64,000 nt of DNA from a virus: the IMG/VR virus record IMGVR_UViG_3300049460_000134, positions 32,001 to 96,000 of that record. One strand, written 5' to 3'. This document shows positions 61,415-64,000 of the stretch, in pieces. Position 1 is the stretch's first letter; each line of letters starts with the position of its first letter. The position numbers were made by a program, and so were the translations under genes. The notes under the pieces are model-generated. The model was not told where the DNA came from and made no database searches. It saw only the letters and a program-made list of their open reading frames with translations.

Positions 61415-62055
61415 GCTGCTTCCTCCGCGGCCTGGTTGATCCTGGTGACGATCTCGCTGGCGAGAGCCTCAGCGCGCTCGTTGAGCGACGGATACTTGGT
61501 CTCGGAGATCGCAAAGCCGGTGTTTTGAGCGGACTGATACCCTGCCCTGGTGCCTAGATCGGTATCGGCGACGTCGAAGCCCTGCTTCTTGATGAGCGCT
61601 GCTGCCTCGCGAACCGCGGCCTCACTGTCGGCCGTCTTGTTGAGGACGAAGAAGATCTTGTCTCGGCTGACGCCTTTGGCCGCGAGCTCCTGGGCAAAGC
61701 CAAGCTGCGGCTTCAGATCGTCCACGGTCACGCCGGTCGGCACGATGACTTGGTCGGCGACCAGGGCAGCCTCGAGCGAGGTCTGAACAGAGTCCGGCGC
61801 GCCATCGACGATCAGGCAGTCGGCCGTCTCATTCTTCAGCTTCTTGACCGAGTTGAACGGCTGCGCCTCGATCTCCGGCTGGATCACACCGCGGATGCGT
61901 GCCGCCACCCAATCAACCGAAGTGAGCTGGTTGGTGTTGAAGTCGCAGATCTTCACCGACCACTCAGCCGATGCGTAGGTTCTAGCCATCAGCCGAGCGA
62001 GCGTGGACTTGCCGACGCCGCCTTTCTGGGACAGGCACGCGATTATCAGGGTCAT
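61411..62055 (-). CDS. parA: ParA Walker-type partition ATPase (type Ib)
   Basis: SQKGGVGKST deviant Walker A, IVDGAP; short, with no N-terminal HTH. Confidence 0.9.
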   Translation of the reverse strand: MTLIIACLSQKGGVGKSTLARLMARTYASAEWSVKICDFNTNQLTSVDWVAARIRGVIQPEIEAQPFNSVKKLKNETADCLIVDGAPDSVQTSLEAALVADQVIVPTGVTVDDLKPQLGFAQELAAKGVSRDKIFFVLNKTADSEAAVREAAALIKKQGFDVADTDLGTRAGYQSAQNTGFAISETKYPSLNERAEALASEIVTRINQAAEEAA

Positions 62056-62056
62056 G

Positions 62057-62104
62057 GTCGCTAATTCCCGTTTGAACGATTTCGCTAAATCGTTACTTAG
62101 CGGA
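62057..62104. promoter_or_regulatory. TTAGCGA(A)-type repeats upstream of parA (candidate parS/autoregulatory site)
   Basis: tcgctaa, ttcgctaa and ttagcg immediately upstream of parA; the same unit recurs at 61074, 63731, 60181, 60421, 57230, 57633, 13108 and 9046. Confidence 0.5.
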
Positions 62105-62239
62105 TTCGGGTTAACGAGACACTACCAAATTTGAAGGGAGAGGTTGGCGCAGCCCATTTGTGTCAACAACGAAACAACAAACGAGAGAGACCGGGATCTC
62201 AAACGAGAGATTTCTAGGGCTGCGCCGGGGTATTTAGTT

Positions 62240-62734
62240 TCACGAGCTGGTGGTTTTGTCGAGGTTCTTTCGGGACACAAGACGCATCTTTTTCTCCTCC
62301 TGGATGGACTTCATGAAGCCCCAGAGGAAGCCGTAGTCGAAGAGCACCGGTCGGCCTTCGTAAAGACCCCAATTGCGGTCGTGGCAGTCGCTGAAGAAGT
62401 GCGGCACGACGGATGGAATGTCCTTGGGGTCTATCCATTCGCAGCGCTTCTGGATGAGGATTGAGCCCTGGCGTGAGATTCCGCAGCACGGCGCCAGCCA
62501 GTGCGCGTATGGGCTCTCACAGAGATAATTCCAGACCTTGTGCTCGATGACGTTGCAGAAGGCTGCCTGATCGGACGGCCGCTCGACCTTGATGACGAAC
62601 TCGCTAGGCTGCCAGGAGCTCTCATAGACGGCGCGATGCCTGCCGCCGCCCAGGTATTCGCCGAGCATGAAGCCGTTAAACTCCTCCTGGATCTCACGAA
62701 GGAAGTCATACATGGGTGTAGGAGAGTTGCTCAT
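62240..62734 (-). CDS. Minimal protein-kinase-like protein
   Basis: LGGGRHRAVY Gly-loop, VIK, E, DCHDRN catalytic loop, DYG. Confidence 0.65.
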   Translation of the reverse strand: MSNSPTPMYDFLREIQEEFNGFMLGEYLGGGRHRAVYESSWQPSEFVIKVERPSDQAAFCNVIEHKVWNYLCESPYAHWLAPCCGISRQGSILIQKRCEWIDPKDIPSVVPHFFSDCHDRNWGLYEGRPVLFDYGFLWGFMKSIQEEKKMRLVSRKNLDKTTSS

Positions 62735-63105
62735 AGCGGCTCAAACTCCGGCATATCGAAGATTTCCTCGTAGATCTCCGGTGTCTGGGCGTCGAGCGCC
62801 TCCCAGGTCAACCGCATGGCGTCCTGGTTACACATCGTCTCGGTGCAGCAGGTGGCGATATCGACCTTGTGCTTCTCAGCCACGAAGCCGGCGAGGTCAT
62901 TGCCACGCATCATCAGATCGAACCGATCGACCTTGGCGTTGCGCTTGGTTCGCGCAATCGCGAAATCGCTATTTACCGAATTCGTTGGATCGCTAGGTCC
63001 AAGCCCATAATCGGAGTCTCGAAATATGCAGTGCGTCGGCGTGCTCCCATGGGGCTCCCGATCGAGGAACCCCTTGAGCTGGCCTTTAAACCAGACTTGC
63101 ATCAT
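62731..63105 (-). CDS. Hypothetical protein
   Basis: Coupled ORF. Confidence 0.45.
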   Translation of the reverse strand: MMQVWFKGQLKGFLDREPHGSTPTHCIFRDSDYGLGPSDPTNSVNSDFAIARTKRNAKVDRFDLMMRGNDLAGFVAEKHKVDIATCCTETMCNQDAMRLTWEALDAQTPEIYEEIFDMPEFEPL

Positions 63106-63677
63106 GCCGCTTCACTCGACGGGACGGAGCCGATGACCGCGAAGAGCTTCTCAGCCAGGTCTTTGCGCGCAGCTTCCGGCGACAGACCGCGCGCCAGGCC
63201 GTCGTTCTTGATCTTGGCATGCGCATAGGCCGGATTGTAGGTGTCGAATTCGAACTTGGAGGGGCCAGCGAGAGGATTCTCGATCTCCAGCACCAGAGCA
63301 TCTTGTTCGCGCCAGTAGCGGCCTTGCTCGCGACGCACGGAGCCAAAGACGGAGTAGGAGCCCTTGGGGCGCGCGTTGTCGCTCATGATCGGGATGATAT
63401 CGCCGCCAAACTTCTCCTCGAAGGCATTGCCGATCTCGCCGAGGATCTCGCGCACCTGCCATTCACGGCCATTGATGGTGACAAATTCGAGCTTGCCGGC
63501 CTGAGTGAAGACCTGGTCAGCGGTCAATCCCAGGTAATCCATGGCAATCTTGCGCAATGGAAGGCCGTCATCGGCGAGCTCATGCCCGTAGGCGGCGTTG
63601 ATGATTTCAGCGGCCGTGGTTTTGCCGGAAGTCGGGTTGCCGCAAAGGGCGATCTTGCGAGGGAGGTTTGACGACAT
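63102..63677 (-). CDS. Deoxynucleoside monophosphate kinase (T4 gp1-like)
   Basis: ALCGNPTSGKTT, PLRK, VREILGEIG. Confidence 0.75.
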   Translation of the reverse strand: MSSNLPRKIALCGNPTSGKTTAAEIINAAYGHELADDGLPLRKIAMDYLGLTADQVFTQAGKLEFVTINGREWQVREILGEIGNAFEEKFGGDIIPIMSDNARPKGSYSVFGSVRREQGRYWREQDALVLEIENPLAGPSKFEFDTYNPAYAHAKIKNDGLARGLSPEAARKDLAEKLFAVIGSVPSSEAA

Positions 63678-64000
63678 AGAAAAGCTCCTGCGTTTGTCAG
63701 TCAATATTTACTGACACTACAACAGGAGCTGATTTAGCGGAAGCACGAATTAGCGAATTCGCTTAAGCAGGATCGATTTCCTCAATGAAACCGGCCTGTT
63801 TGGCCTTGCGCACGAGCTTGGAAAGCTTGGCGTTGTCCTTCAATAGCTCGTCGATCGAGTCCAGCAGGAACTTTTCCGTGACAGCGGCAAGACCGGTTGT
63901 GTTGAAGAAGTGGATCGGGTCCACAAGGCGACGTTCTGCGGTCATGCTGCTTTCCTCTGTGCTGCAAAGATGGACCAATCGAAATCCTGGTTGGCCGGCA

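Larger units (their letters stand above)
1998..63715. promoter_or_regulatory. Dispersed 20-bp palindromic operator, consensus GTCAGT(A/C)AWWWWTGACTGAC, about 25 copies
   Basis: Copies at about 1998, 2031, 8725, 11855, 14438, 19633, 20756, 23757, 23862, 26140, 27523, 29848, 32495, 37063, 38968, 39533, 43494, 43592, 48605, 52690, 56671, 58435, 59140, 59544 and 63696. Confidence 0.85.

Overview
This window is about 64 kb of a large temperate phage-plasmid (SSU5/pHCM2-like gene set), probably from a Rhizobiaceae host (high GC, a DUF982 gene). Positions 1-35 kb carry the replication, recombination and nucleotide-metabolism block: vWA/MoxR (CobT/CobS-like), a PAPS-reductase-family protein, a sigma factor, DnaE with a C-terminal UDG-like domain, SSB, a 5'-3' exonuclease, RecA, SbcCD, RuvC, NrdBA plus glutaredoxin, ThyA, dUTPase, rIIAB, HNH and HD proteins, and a DnaQ-like exonuclease. 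Positions 35-54 kb are an accessory region of small ORFs, including an alarmone hydrolase, an Ig/SGNH protein and a candidate structured RNA. Positions 54.5-59.6 kb are a compositionally unusual control region. Positions 59.6-64 kb carry an Acb2-like anti-CBASS protein, ParA with a ribbon-helix-helix partner, a protein kinase and a dNMP kinase. No capsid, terminase, integrase or CRISPR array was seen. Main observations: (1) a sharply bounded zone almost free of GG/CC dinucleotides, whose proteins lack or nearly lack Gly/Pro/Trp, flanked by CCNNGG arrays phased at 10 bp; (2) eight unrelated small proteins sharing a C-terminal N-[YFW]-G-R-F-type tag; (3) a DfrB (R67 DHFR)-like SH3 domain fused to thymidylate synthase; (4) about 25 copies of a 20-bp palindromic operator; (5) 18 proteins ending in an Ala-Ala ClpXP-type degron. 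All family calls come from motif recognition by eye, and no searches were run.
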